Part shown: one piece after another, positions 1-13,025 of the stretch
How the letters are laid out: the number at the start of each line of letters is the position of its first letter
Numbering within the stretch: the stretch's first letter is position 1
NCBI RefSeq assembly: GCF_036321535.1
Contig: NC_087436.1
Coordinates: 55,306,001-55,370,000 of the forward strand
Reading direction: 5' to 3'
From: Camelus dromedarius
Lineage: Eukaryota
DNA length: 64,000 nucleotides
The notes under the pieces: generated by a model
What the model was told of the DNA's origin: nothing
Seen by the model: the letters and a program-made list of their open reading frames with translations, nothing else
The model's database searches: none
Program-made: the position numbers and the translations under genes

Positions 1-885
1 TTTGCACATGTGTTAGGGGTACACGAATTCTTACAGAAAGATTGTGTCCCTACAGAGGGAGGAGAGTTGGTGCTCCCACATGACTCTCCAGAATTTGGAT
101 TCTTTGCTACTGAGGCAGCCTTTGGCTTTGGTGCATTTCCTTACTTTAGTGGAGTTACCTGGTCCTAAAATGAACTGTAGATTTGTCAGCATCATCATGT
201 TGGGGCTTATGAGTTGTTTTAGACACTGAAGTTTATTTCACTGCAACCGTTATTGCAAAAACGAATATTGTTTTTGGCCTGATGAATTGGAAAACAGTTT
301 GAAGGATCCACAGTCTCTTGAAGTTGAGGAGAGAATCCAATTCTGTATATAAACTTGTCTATATCCCTGCTGATTCCTGAACCACACATGTGTGGGGCAG
401 ACAGCAAAGAGTACACCTTACAGAAATAAAGAATTGAACTGAGGTTTGAATTGCTGCATGAGTACTTGGCAGTTTAAATCTAACCAAGTTAAATACCTAA
501 TAAAACAATAACAACTACAAAAATTAGTGTTATTCAAAGGAAAACAACAGAATTCTTACATGGAGTCTCCACAGTATAAGATCACAGTGAACAGGACACA
601 ATACAACATAACACTCTATTTTGTTCTACGGACAAAGAATCAGAAAAAAAGTGACCTATTTTTCAAAAGAAAAAAAAGATCATTGTAGGCCTACCTCCAG
701 ATGACCTAGATGTTGAAATTAGCAAACAAGGTCTTTTAAGCAGCTATTACAGCAATGCTCATGAGGCAGAGAAAAATGTACCTGCAATGAATGAAAAATA
801 AGATAGGAGATATCAGCAGAAAAAGAGAAACTATATTAAAAATCTAACTGAAGTAACAGAACTGAAAAAACATATTTGAAATAAT
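1..885 (+). mobile_element. Ancient L1 (L1ME/L1MC-type) 5'UTR and start of ORF1, degraded
   Basis: About 690-885 (GATGACCTAGATGTTGAAATTAGCAAACAAGGTCTTTTAAGCAGCTATTACAGCAATGCTC...GAACTGAAAAAACATATTTGAAATA) resembles the N-terminal ORF1 region of old L1M 5' ends. Assigning the upstream part as 5'UTR is by resemblance only. Confidence 0.6.
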
Positions 886-3800
886 TTGTACAAGTTTCTC
901 TGCTCTTGTTTTTTTCTATATAAAATGAGGAACACTGTAAAATCTATGATCTACCTTACAATCTTGTTGCACATTGTAAAGTTCTAATAGCTTACACAAA
1001 AAGCACATTTAACTTATAGAAATAACCATAAGCAAATAATAGTTACTGGGAAATAACTAGCATCATATTAATAGTCTACCTTAAAGTATATCCACTTAGT
1101 TTGAAAATCCACATCTTATTTAAGAACTACAATTTGGTGAAATATGTATTTATATATCATATATATGTATATATATATACACACAGTATTTTAAAGTAAA
1201 GAACTAGGGAGCTAACAAGGTGTAATATGAATACATTTTTATCTACCTGTGTAGTTCAAATAAATTATATTAGCACTGATGACTGTACTAAGTAAAGAAT
1301 ATAGTGACTAGAAACAAACAGCAGTTTTACTAGTGAATCACAAGGCCTTGCAATGTGATCAATCTTTATTTTTTAAACAATTTATAAAATTACATATTTT
1401 TATAACTGATCTAATAAACACAAACAATCTGTGGACTTCTTTCTTATGTTACTAAAATGGATCCTAGTCTCCGCAGTACATTGACTTCACTTGTGTTTAA
1501 ATCAGTGGTCTCATTTACAACAGAAGCCGACTTTGAGGATTGTTTGATTTCTCTACTACAGAGGTCTGCAAATCCTCATGGGCTATAAAGACATGATGAA
1601 CCACAAGGGAGTGCTTCAGGTAACATATATCATGCAGTGTAAATATGCATAACAATCAGAGAATTTCTGTCATTTAAAAAACCCAGTTGCCCTAATGTTT
1701 TCACATCACAGTTTGATCACCATATTGTCATAGATGTTACCTTCCTAAAAGTCACAACAAAGCATCATATTTTACTCCCAGCAAGTCTGATTATGTATTT
1801 GTGGCATTTAATCTTCTAATTTAGTCTATTTCTCATGTTAAAACTAGAGTCAATTTAATCATCATTTTATAAGGCAAATATCCCAAATTTTGTCATTAAA
1901 AATAGGAAAATGAAATATAGGCAGTATAATCCTGCTTAAATGTTTCAGGTGAGGATTTGCTTTTGCCAAAAAAACATTTTTAAATGCATATTTGTATGTA
2001 GCTGTGCTCATTTAGCAAAACATACTTAAAACCATTATAAAAGGCATGTTTTTCTTTAAACTGGACAAAGCAATTTGGACAAGTGAACATGTGCATTCAA
2101 AGTCAGGGTTAGAAACTCTTTTAAATGTGCTCTGAAGGGTCGGTTTGTGACAAGATATAACACATATTTAACTCGGTGGTAGGTCACCTCATGATGAGCT
2201 GGGTCATTTGAAGCAATAAAACCTCGGGTATTGCTTTTTTTCTTTTCTTCACCAAAAAGCAGCATGGAGGTACAATTGGGGAATTCAAAATGCTGTAGTT
2301 TACTAAGACCTGTGGTGAAAATGACTGTTTTCATTGAGGTTTTTTAAAATTTTGTTTTGGTTGCTATTACTAATCCCTTTCTTTCCCCCAACTTGCTTGC
2401 TTTCAAAGGATTTCTTTTTTCAACCAAACTACCAAGCAAGACTTTCTACTTCAGTTAGTCCAGCTCACTAGTATTTGTATGTGTTTTGTCTTTTTAGATA
2501 CTCAGGTCTCCCAAGGTTCATTCAGTCCTAGGCCTATATCCCTTTAATTTGCAGTTTATTTTATCCTGCAAAAGAATGAATAGTCATTCTCAGGTTCTAT
2601 GTAAAACGCATTGTCATAAAACTCAGTAAAATGGCTTTTAGGCTCTGTGCTTATAAACTATAGGGTAAATGTCCAGTTTTCAGGGAACTCACAGAACTCT
2701 GTTTTTAAAAACTAAATTTTTTCCTCATTTTCTAAAATTGTAAGTCAGTTATCTCATTGATGGTGTTCATCCTATTCAGAAGAAATACTTTGTAAGTTAA
2801 ATGTTCACTGTTTTCAGCCATCATGCTGGCCTGCAAGATGAGATAATGTCATACGAAGTAATGCACTATAAGGGGGAAAGGAGAAAGGAAAAAAATCTTC
2901 CAAATAAAGGAATTGCTTACTATCTTGACATTTTATCCAAAATAATTAAATCAACCAAAAGGAATAAAAACCTAAGCTATAACAGTACAGATATCTGATG
3001 AATGACGTTTTGCAAAGCTAACTAAAACCTTCTCTCAAGTCTCTTCTTTATTTCCTTCAGATATTATCTGACATGTTTTAAAGCAGCTGTTTTATTGTAC
3101 ATGATAGCAAAGTGAGAGTATTAATAGAGAAAAGTGTAGGGTGCACATAATGAGTCTATGCTTCATCTAAGAAATGAATGTTTTACTATGCGTTAGAAAA
3201 AAAGCTCAGAAGTAACATCTCAGAATTAATTCCTTCAGAACTGATAGGGCTTTTGCTAAGGACCACACCCTGTGGCAACACAATTGCTGAGTATTTGCAA
3301 AAAATTATATAACCATTTTTCATGTATTAATGTGACCTTAACATGTATTAAGCTTGCAATCTTTGCCTAATATACATTATATATGTGTATCTATATTTGT
3401 AAATATGTGCATATAAAATACATATATGCTATTTCCTAATATCAAATGGCAAAATATATTTAATGTACGAAAAGAGAAAGGAAACTCCTCTATTAACTCT
3501 TCAGCTTCATCATTATTTGTTTTGCAAAAATATAAGGAATATTTCTATTCTCACTTGGAGAATATATTTTAAAACAAGTCAAGGTATGAATATCAGCAAG
3601 ATGGTGGAATAGGAAGCTCCATATGCTCTTTTTCCCCACAGACCACCAACTTAGCAGCTACAGAAGGTTCATTTCCCTTTGTGCAAAATCCAGAAACTGG
3701 TTGAGAGACTCCCGAATACTGGGCAAGTGAGAAACCACCCACATCGAGTGGTGGAAAAAGCTAAGAGTCGGTCTTGTCATGAACTTCATCCTTGGCACAG

Positions 3801-4045
3801 TGCCACACTGTGGAAAGCCCCAGCCACAGTAACTCCCTGAGGAGTAAAGGGTTTGGACTACACACTAGTGCCCCAACTTTACCAGCTACTATTCAAGGGT
3901 TTGGCTTATAACTCTCCTGTTTCTGGGAGCTGGTGATGCCCAAACTAAACTACAGAGAACAAACCAACAGTTTTGAATGGTCATGTGGGGACTTCCTGTG
4001 GCTCCTCCCTCCAGTTCACTCTAGCAATGAAACCAAGCCTTCATG

Positions 4046-4157
4046 ATAACTATAAATGGAGTTTAACTTTTAAAAATTGTGCATCACTGTATTGTACATC
4101 TATAACTTATACAATATTGAATACCAACTATACTTGAATAGTTTAAAAAAAAAAAAA
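4046..4157 (+). mobile_element. Short cetartiodactyl-type L1 3' end with poly(A), nested in the older L1 5'UTR
   Basis: AACTATAAATGGAGTTTAACTTTTAAAAATTGTGCATCACTGTATTGTACATCTATAACTTATACAATATTG...CAACTATACTTGAATA followed by an A-run; it interrupts a 5'UTR monomer. Confidence 0.8.
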
Positions 4158-5999
4158 GGAAAACCCAAAACTCCAGTGTCTCTCCGGAGGGAATTGGACT
4201 ACACATCTAGTCTGACAACTTTCCTAGCTGTTACTCTAGAGACTGGTTTCTAACTTGCCTGCCTCTGAGAACTGAAAACCAACAGGATGGTATTGTTAGA
4301 CCCCTGGGGGCTTCAGAGAACAAAGCAATGGTTTGAAAGAGTGAGTGATTTGAATGAGCCCACAGGTATTTCCACAACTCCTGTACAGCTCAGTTCAGAG
4401 TGAGCAGAAGATAAACTCCAGTTCCTAGCTTCTCCATAAGGAGAGAAAGAATTGGACCACGCATCTAGCATCTTCTTTAGGTGCTAATTGATGGATTGGC
4501 TTCTGTATTGCTTGTCTCAGGGCACTGATGAGACTTGGCTTACTCTAGATTCTTGGAGGCTGCTAAGAACAAAGAAGGTAATCTGAACAAGCACAAATAT
4601 TTGAGAATCACCCAGAATTTCTAGCCAGGTTGATTGGTAAGATTCTTCTCCTTTATTGGCCAGTTTTGAAGACTGGGAGGACTATTTTATCTAATGCACA
4701 GACACCAACACAAATAAGGTAAATGAAGAAATTTGGAAATACATTCCAAATAAAAGAATAAGATGAATCTCCAGAAACCAATTCTAATGAAATAAAGATT
4801 TACCCAACTAGAAAATTCAAAATAACAGTAATAAAGATGCTCACTGAGGTCAAGACAGCAATGAATGAACAAAGTGAGAGTTTCAAAAAGAGATAGAAAA
4901 TATTTTAAAAGTACCAAACAGAAATTATAAACTAAGGATGCAATAATTGAACTGAAAAGTTCAATAGAGGGGTTCAATAGCAGACTAGGTCAAGTAGAAG
5001 AAAAGATCAATGAACTCAATGATGAATCATTGGAAATTATACAGTCAGAGGAGCAAAAAAGAGAAAAAAGAAAAACAGAGAAGATAGCTTAAGAGACTTA
5101 TAGACACCACTAAACAGACCAATATTTCCATTATGGGAGTCCTGGAAGGAGACCCTGTAACACACCATGTACAGAAATAAACTCAAAATGGACTAAAGAC
5201 CTAAAGATAAGACCTAAAAACAAAAACTCTTAGGAAAAAACAGGGGAAAAGCTTCTTGATACTATTCTTGGCAACAAGAGTTTTTGCTTATGACACTGAA
5301 AGCCCAGGCAACAAAAGCAAAAACTGACAAATGGCATTGCGTTAAACTAAAAAGCTTCCAAACAACAAAGGAAACAATCAACAGAATAAAAAGGCAGCCT
5401 ACTGAATGAGAGAAAGTATTTGCAAACCATATATCTGATAAGGGGTTAATAGAAATATATATAAGAAACTCATACAATTCAATAGCAAAAACTTAGAAAA
5501 AAAAACCCTTCTTTAAAACTAAGTAACGGACCTGAATAGACATTTCACTAAAGACTTACAAATGGCTTACAACTATATGAAAAGGTTAAAATCATCACTA
5601 AGCATCAGGGAAATGCAAATCAAAACTACAGTGAGCTATCAACTCACACCTGTTAGGATGGCTATTGTTAAAAAGACAGGAGATGGCAAATATTGGCAAG
5701 GATGTGGAGAAAATGGAATACTGTACACTGTTGGTGGGAATGTAAATTCTTACAGCTACTGTAGAAAATGGTATGGTGGTTACTCAAAAAATTAAAAATA
5801 TAACTGCCATATGATCCAGCAAATCACTTCTGGAAATATATCCAAAGGAAATGAAATCACTATCTTGAAGAGATATCTGTACTCCCATGATCATTGCAGC
5901 ATTACTCCCAGCAGCCAAGATAAGAAAACAACCTAACTGTCTGTCAGTGGGTGAACGAATAAAGAAAATGTGTTAGATAGAGACAGAAAGACAGAGATG

Positions 6000-6051
<52 letters not shown>
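6000..6051 (+). repeat. (GATA)13 microsatellite inside L1
   Basis: Perfect tetranucleotide run read directly. Confidence 0.97.
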
Positions 6052-6052
<1 letters not shown>

Positions 6053-9000
6053 GAATATTTTTCAGCCTTTAAAAAAGAAGGAAATCTTGTCATTTGCAAC
6101 AACATGGATGCTAAGTGAAATAAGCCAGACACAGAAAGACAAATATTCCATGATCTCACTAATATGTAGAATTGCAATAGCCGAACTCATAGAAACAGAG
6201 ACTAGAATGGTGCTTGCCAGAAACTGGGGGAAGGGGAAAACAGGGAGATGTGTTTATCGTAGAAAGCAAAGTTTCAGTTATGCAAGATGAATAAGTTCTG
6301 GAGCAATAGTGTATCATACACTTGAAATTTGTTAAGAGGATAGATCTTAAGAATCTTGAAAGGAAAGAGAGGAAAGAAGGAAGATAGGAGGCAAGGAAAG
6401 AAGGGAAGAAGGAAGAAAAGGAAGGAAAGAAAATGCTATGTAAGGTGAGGATTATGTTAATTAGCTTGATTGTGGTAATAATTTTGCAATGTATATGTAT
6501 ATCAAAATAATAAGTTGTAAATCTTAAGTATGTATAATTTTTATTTGTCAATTACACCTCAATAAACTGAAAACATCTAGTCAATGTGTAAAGGCAATCA
6601 ATATGCTCAGATTTGTGAATAAAATATTCATGGAATTGGAACAAAAATGTTCCCAATGGAAAATTGTATTCTTTATAACACACACTTCCAGTCTATCTCA
6701 TCCTAAAGAGATTCTGTGCCTTTCTTTGCCTTTGAGCTATTTTGCAACTTCATAAATTGTAGATAAATAATGGCAATGCAAAATAATCCATGTGTATAGG
6801 TATGCACACAAATTCTGTCACGTGGAGGTTCAATTTGGTTCCTCCCCAACTGAATTAGAAGTCAGTTTTGCATCTTTATGCAAGTCCATTTCAATATTTC
6901 AGATCTACAAATATGTCTGTTCCTTGGATTCCCCTTTGAACCACTGGTAACTTCTTATCAGTTCGTTCACTTACTTAATGAGTTAACATCTTTGCTATGT
7001 GTTCATTTTACAAGTATATGAGTCACAATTCTTACTTGAAATTTATTCTTTAAACTTAGGTACGTTCCAAAATTATGTTTCCAAAATTACAAACAAATTA
7101 GATGCTTTTATGTTTGAAGGTATTAGAAAATGTATTATAAATCTCAGCACCAAAGTGCTAATTACCAAACCATACATCAAATAAGATTGGAAGCCAAAAT
7201 TCGAAAGAGTGGATGAGTGCTTAGGGATTTTCTCCTTTGGTTTGTTCAGATCTGTCTAGTTGTTCCTTATCAGGGAAGGGGAAATAAATACTTGCTCTGA
7301 AGTACGAGCCTGAAAGGGTTAGAGATCAAGAGAATGATCATTTTGTTGTTGGTCATTGCAATACAGAGTTGCATGTAGTAGGCTGCAGACAGGACAACAA
7401 ATCAAGAACCACCACTAAAGAAGAGAATTGGTGCTAAAGAAAAACTTAAAATTGAAATAATTTTGAATAAAAAGAGCAAGGGTAGAGAAAACAACAAAAA
7501 GTACTCAGAAGTTCAAATAGCAGTGAAGTGTAAACATTTGATGAATTATTATTAGATTCATCAGGGCATCTGGATTTTTGAGAAGTGTTACTGTTTTTGC
7601 ACCTTTAACTTGTTTCATTTCAATATTCAGATGTAAACCAGAGTAGCAGTTTTACTGATGTGAAAACATCAAACCATCCAAAGAAACATAAATTCATTTT
7701 GTTTTAAAAAAAGAAGAAGTTTATCTTTTTCTCATTAACTTCCCTTCCACTTTTAGGAAACAGGTGAGCATTAGACAATGGTCTAATCTTTATTTTCTAA
7801 ATCCGTGGTCTTCATATGGGAGAGCAGTTATGATGCCCAAAGAGGTTCTCAGAGTTAACCAAGGACACGGTTTAAAAGAATGAAATTTCTAATGCCTCGT
7901 CATCATCCACTCATTAAAAAGCGATTTACCTGAGAATTCACTTGCATGCTGCTGTAGGTTTTCCAGGTCCAATCCTCTCTTGTAAAATCCTTTCACTTGC
8001 ATATCCTTCACTCAGACTCATTTTAGTGTGTTGTGTGTGTCCGGGGCTAAGCACCTCGAGCCTCAAGAAAAGGGGCACTTTAAGTTATCCAAATCATCGT
8101 AAGTTTGCCTGGTACCTCTCATTCCTGTCACGTATGTATTTGGTTAAGAACGAAGTGTGGCTTTAAACCAAATGTTGTGACCTGTGTTAGAATGTTTTCA
8201 TTTAGATATAAACTATTGTAAGATATGCTTAATGTGAAAGATGGAAATACAAATAATGGTCTAGAGACTCTTCCCCTCTTAAATTTTTTTTTTCTTTCTC
8301 ATCCCAACACATTTTTTAGATATCACAGGGTACTTTAAAAAATCCTTATTTGGTGTTTAAAGTTCTACTTTCCTTATACTTTCTTTTTTAGTTTTTATTG
8401 AATTTTTAAAGTAGTAAGCTGATATTAGAATAGCATGCACCTTATTGAGAAAAAAACATGTATTAGGATATCTGATTTCTGATTTACAGTTGAATCCCAA
8501 AGGTGCCTATTTCTATTATGTCTATATATAAAATGACATTTTAAATGCCTTATTTAATTCTTTATTCTAAATGAAACTTATTTCTAACAGGATATTTTAA
8601 CATGAATGTATCCAATATTTGGGGCTTATAATACTAGTTATAGGTCTTTCCAAACCACTATTAAAATTATTGAAATAATACAGCAGAAGATAATACTAAG
8701 CTTCTATGTGGTGCTAGCACATGGGGAATTATTTTAACATCTATAAACAAAAGAAGGTGAAAACAATTAGTGTTCAGTATAAAAGTTGATGCTTAAAACA
8801 AATATGCTGCAAAGAGGTTACAACATACTTCATTTCTCATTTATCATATACTGAAAAATTCAGATATGTCAGGAATATAAAAGTAAGAAAACTTCTACTT
8901 TAAAGGCACTGGTGTCTAAGGGCACTGGTCCAGGTACTTCTACTGTCTGCACTTCATCCTTTCCCACCACAACTCTTCATCTGTTTGTGGTCTGCGGTGA

Positions 9001-9094
9001 CCACGGAATGTGGGTAAGCAACTAGGAAATGGAAACAGTGATTTAGAGGTACATTTTGGAGTTGTACACTTAACATTAAAACAAAGGTTATCAT

Positions 9095-9478
9095 AGGAGA
9101 TCACCCATATGTGGAATCAAAAAAAAGAAAGAAAAGAAAAAAGTCACTAATGAACTTATCTACAAAACAGAAACAGACTCACAGATACAGTAAACAAATC
9201 TATGGTTACGTGAGGGGAAAGGGGGTGGGAAGGGATAAATTGGGAGTTCGAGATTTGCAAATACTAACTACTATATATAAAATAGATAAAAAACAAATTT
9301 CTTCTGTATAGCACAGGAAACTATATTCAATATCCTGTAGTAACATATAATGAAAAAGAATATGAAAAGAAATATCTGTATGTATATGACTGAAACATTA
9401 TGCTGTACATCAGAAATTGACACATTGTAACTGACTATACTTCCATTAAAAAAAAAAAAAACAAAAAAACAAAAAAAA
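9095..9478 (+). mobile_element. Young lineage-specific (probably camelid) L1 3' end with poly(A)
   Basis: TCACCCATATGTGGAATC...TACAAAACAGAAACAGACTCACAGA...GCACAGGAAACTATATTCAATATCCTGTAG...CAGAAATTGACACATTGTAACTGACTATACTTCC then a long A-rich tail; closely similar to the copies at 27291 and 37105. Confidence 0.92.
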
Positions 9479-10382
9479 GGGTTTAGAAGGTGAATAGTCC
9501 TGGTTCACAAACAAATGCATGTCAAACACTGCTCTGCTATTTCCTGATTTCTTAAACTTCAGAACAGAACATTCAATGCTGTTTAGTCACTCAAAGAGAC
9601 AATAACCCACTCATGAATGTTAGATGAAGCTAGTGATGCTAATGGGAATCCTTATAAAATAACAAAAGCCCAGAACTGGTGTTTCTGGCTTCACATAGAA
9701 AGGGCAAACTTAGTAGTAACCTTGTATGCCTAGTTCAGCAGACTGGCCGGAAGACAGGAGAAAGTTTCTTCAGGGGATTTTACACAATAAGTGGGGAGAG
9801 GGGATTGGGAATACCTAAGCTAAGGATCTTCTGTTTAATTTTTATATACTTTACTAGCTCTACTTATACCATTTCAAATTATTTACACAATTCACACATA
9901 TAAAGACAGATAAATTCTTTCTTAGAGTTTTTTAAAAGCACTAATCACATAACTACCAAATTGCTCTGCTCTTTGAACTTGTCACGAGCCTTCTATCATC
10001 TTTTTCTTCAATTTGCTGCAGTTAGAAATGTGAAGAGAATTAATATACTCTAGGTGAGGATCTTACAAACTTAAATACATTCTAAGGTGTCCCAGATGGA
10101 TCGCTTCTTTTGGTCCAGTCTCAAGGTAAACGTGCCCGGACTTTGATCCCTGCCTTTGGAAACCTTGAAGAGGGATTCTCATACACTTCAGATACAGAAA
10201 TTTCAGCGTGAGAATGATATGATGCATGACTGTGATTCTTAACTTTTATTCTTATTGATTGTGTTTATGAGTGAGGGCTATCCAGTTTTGAAGACTAGCT
10301 GTGATTTTGACAAGGAAAAAAACCCAGAGAAAGCGTAAATGTCTTTTTTTCTTTAGTAAAATATACTGTTACTTAAAACATG

Positions 10383-10699
10383 TGACAAAGATTCTCTTCT
10401 TGACCAAATGACTCAGACTCCTCTGAGCTCTCTTCTCAACTAAACCCTGACTTTTGAGCTTCCCTGTTCATTTCTGCATTGTCCAATTTTAGCAAAATGC
10501 CTCCTACCTTGGCTTATCCATAATTCCCATCCTCGATAACTGATCACCTTGCTCTCTGATCAGGTTCTTCATCCGCCACTTCTGACTCTCCCTGACTGCA
10601 AACCCCATTGAAGTGGTCCATACACCTATCATGGTGCTCCTTAATAAAGCCTACCTGACTGTTCTTTACCAATTATCATGAATATTTTTTTCTTTAACA
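10383..10699 (+). mobile_element. MER31-like ERV1 solo LTR
   Basis: TG...CA ends (TGACAAAGATTCTCTTCTTGACCAAA...TCTTTAACA), internal CCCATCCTCGATAACTGATC, AATAAA near 10643. Confidence 0.75.
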
Positions 10700-10702
10700 A
10701 TT

Positions 10703-11394
10703 TGTTACCAAAATACAGGTTCAGCTGCTTACTGCTCAAAAGCCAATAAAGGCAAGTAGTGGAAAGGAGAGTTTGCTTTATTCCTGAGGCTGGCAAAGGA
10801 GGAAATGAGGTGGGGGAGGGCAGACTTTTGTCCAAAGGCCAACTGCCCCCACCTCTGACAATTAGTAGGCAAGAGCTTTTAAAGGGGAGTTTCAGGGGTG
10901 TTCAGGTGGAGGGAGGGGACCACATGCAGAACAGCACATTCAGCTCTGACAGTCATCTTGAAGTTAGTCATGCAGTGGCCTGATCAGCATCATCTTGATT
11001 ATTTTAGGTTAATCTTAGTTCGAGGGTCGCTTTTTTCCGTTTCTTTGAGGCCAGTTCTCAGAATTGTGGCAGCTTATGTCATGGCTACAGTCTGGTCATC
11101 ATTTAGTTAACTTCTTCCACCCAGTGGGGGTTTCAGTATCTACAGGACAGCTCAAAGGACATGGCTCAGAATATTATCTATAGCCCTCGAGGAAGAGCTA
11201 AAGGTCCTTGACTTTGTTTAATAACTAAGCTATTATTGTTATGTTTTATTTGATTATTTCCCTCTGTTTTGTATTTTCTTATTTCTCTGATTATATTTAT
11301 TCTTTGACTAAAATTTTTCTACAGAGGAGAGGCAGACAGAGGACTTGATGTGGAAGGTGTCCTGGGAAGGCCCCAAAGGGTCTTGCTCATTTCA
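10703..11394 (-). mobile_element. ERV1-class solo LTR of laurasiatherian/artiodactyl type
   Basis: TGTTACCAAAATACAGGTTCAGCTGCTTACTGCTCAAAAGCCAATAAA...GGGTCTTGCTCATTTCA; TG...CA ends; TTTATT at about 10777 is a minus-strand poly(A) signal. Confidence 0.8.
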
Positions 11395-12285
11395 GAATGA
11401 ATCATAGGCTCCTCAGTGACATAGAAAAAATGATTTACTTTGCATTTTTTCAAAAGATATAAGTTATACTATAACAGATGCACAAAATTGTCCCATACTT
11501 AAGTGAAAATGTGTGATTCTTAGGAACTATGTAGCAAGTCTTCCAAGGGATACTCAGCTTGTACTGCTTAAGTTAGTAGAAATCTATGTGACATTGTTTT
11601 TCTTCTTTAACAAAACAATAGACCCCCCAGAACTGATATACCCATCATATCGAATATCTATCAAGATTCAAATCAGAGCAAAAATACCATGCTTCTAAAA
11701 TAGGGCATATGTTTGGTGGCCTTGTTTTCTCCTCGCAGTAGCTGGAGATAGAAGAGTTAAGTGGGCAGTGTAGGTCAGAAGGAAGAACTGTGCTAGGAAG
11801 AAGGCAAGGAAAAGAGAAAAGTGGAAAGAGTTTGGGATTTGCAGTCAGAAGTACATGAATTCAAATGCCTAGATCCTCACTTTTTTAAACGTTTTTTAAA
11901 AAAATTTACCTCTGGAAAAAAGTGGATTAAAAAACTAATAGCACTTATACCATTCTTATAATAGTATATATAAAAACACATAGAACATGCCAGCCATTCA
12001 ATAAACTTCCTTTCTCTAAGTACGCTCCTTGTCATAATTTATCACTTAATTATCATGAAATTCTTATATAAACTATAATTATCTTTGCAGATGAAACAGT
12101 TAAGAACTTAAGTGAGGAGGCTTGACTTAGCAACAGTTTTAGCTTATTAAAATGAAAAAAAATAGGTTTCTTTCAACTCTTTCACATAACACTGGAAGTT
12201 TTTATTTCTTTCAGTCAATTTAACACTTCTGACCACACTGAATGGATATTTCTTGATTATAAAGACTGAAATTTTGTTTACCTTT

Positions 12286-12288
<3 letters not shown>

Positions 12289-12326
<38 letters not shown>

Positions 12327-12365
12327 ACACATACATATATATATATATATATTTTTTTTTTTTTT
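12289..12365. repeat. Compound (TA)n(CA)n(TA)n(T)n microsatellite
   Basis: Read directly. Confidence 0.95.
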
Positions 12366-12947
12366 AGAAAAAGTAGGAATAGATTTCTGTCTCCAGGATT
12401 CTTATATGAAAGTGGAGGTAACAATATACAGAAAAAAAAAGTGTGGTGCATGTGGTGACGCAAAAGACAAGTGAGATAACAGGCCAGCCATAGAAGTAAT
12501 ATTAGGCAACAGAAATTGCAGTTTGGGGTCATAGGCTAGTCATAGACTCAGTGTTGAGACTTACAATGAGCAACTGAACAGGAGGCAGTGCAGTGCATTT
12601 AGACAGACAACAAAGGACTGGATTTTGGAGATGACAATATATACTTTCTTTTCTGTGCATTTTGGGTCTCTAATTCATTCTTGGAAAGAAATACTTCAGT
12701 CAGTGGGCTTTTATTTTTGCTGCATAGAGGAGAAATGGGGATTTGATACAATGATTTGAGCTTCTATCACAAACAGGGTAGTTGAACCATAGAAATGTAA
12801 GCAAAGTTTAGAAAAAGAAAAGGACCGATGAGGAAATACTAGATTCCTAGGATGCAGCCCCAGGACAAAGCACAATGCCATGCGCGTAACACACAGCCAG
12901 TCCACATTTGTGAGCTGAGTAAGTCAGTGATAGGACCACTTAATGTC

Positions 12948-13025
12948 GCTGTCGCTGCTACTACTGTTACCACAACTACTGCTCTTCCTACCCTTCTGCT
13001 CCTGCTGCTGTTACCACTACTGCCA
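12948..13025 (+). repeat. Degenerate GCT/ACT/CTG trinucleotide low-complexity tract
   Basis: GCTGTCGCTGCTACTACTGTTACCACAACTACTGCTCTT...CTGCTGCTGTTACCACTACTGCC. Confidence 0.7.

Larger units (their letters stand above)
3583..6569 (+). mobile_element. L1MA8/9-like LINE-1: 5'UTR, partial ORF1, large internal deletion, ORF2 C-terminus and 3'UTR
   Basis: Begins TATCAGCAAGATGGTGGAATAGGAAGC (YY1-type L1 start) just after a TTTT/AAAA endonuclease site. ORF1-like from about 4690 to NISIMGVLEG (ending at 5150), then ORF2 TPCTEINSKWTKDL. The L1MA-type 3'UTR ends ATTACACCTCAATAAA. Degenerate TSD: AAAACAAGTCAA (3571-3582) and AAAACATCTAGTCAA (6570-6584). Confidence 0.9.

Noticed and set aside
44..416. 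Possible processed pseudogene suggested by the ORFs at the window start
   Set aside because: None of the frames I read matches a protein I recognise, and the sequence leads directly into an old L1 ORF1, so it is more simply L1 5'UTR.
10022..10053. AG/GT-bounded 32-nt segment (TGCAG|...TAG|GTGAGG)
   Set aside because: Stop codons in all three frames and no other support; such matches are expected by chance.
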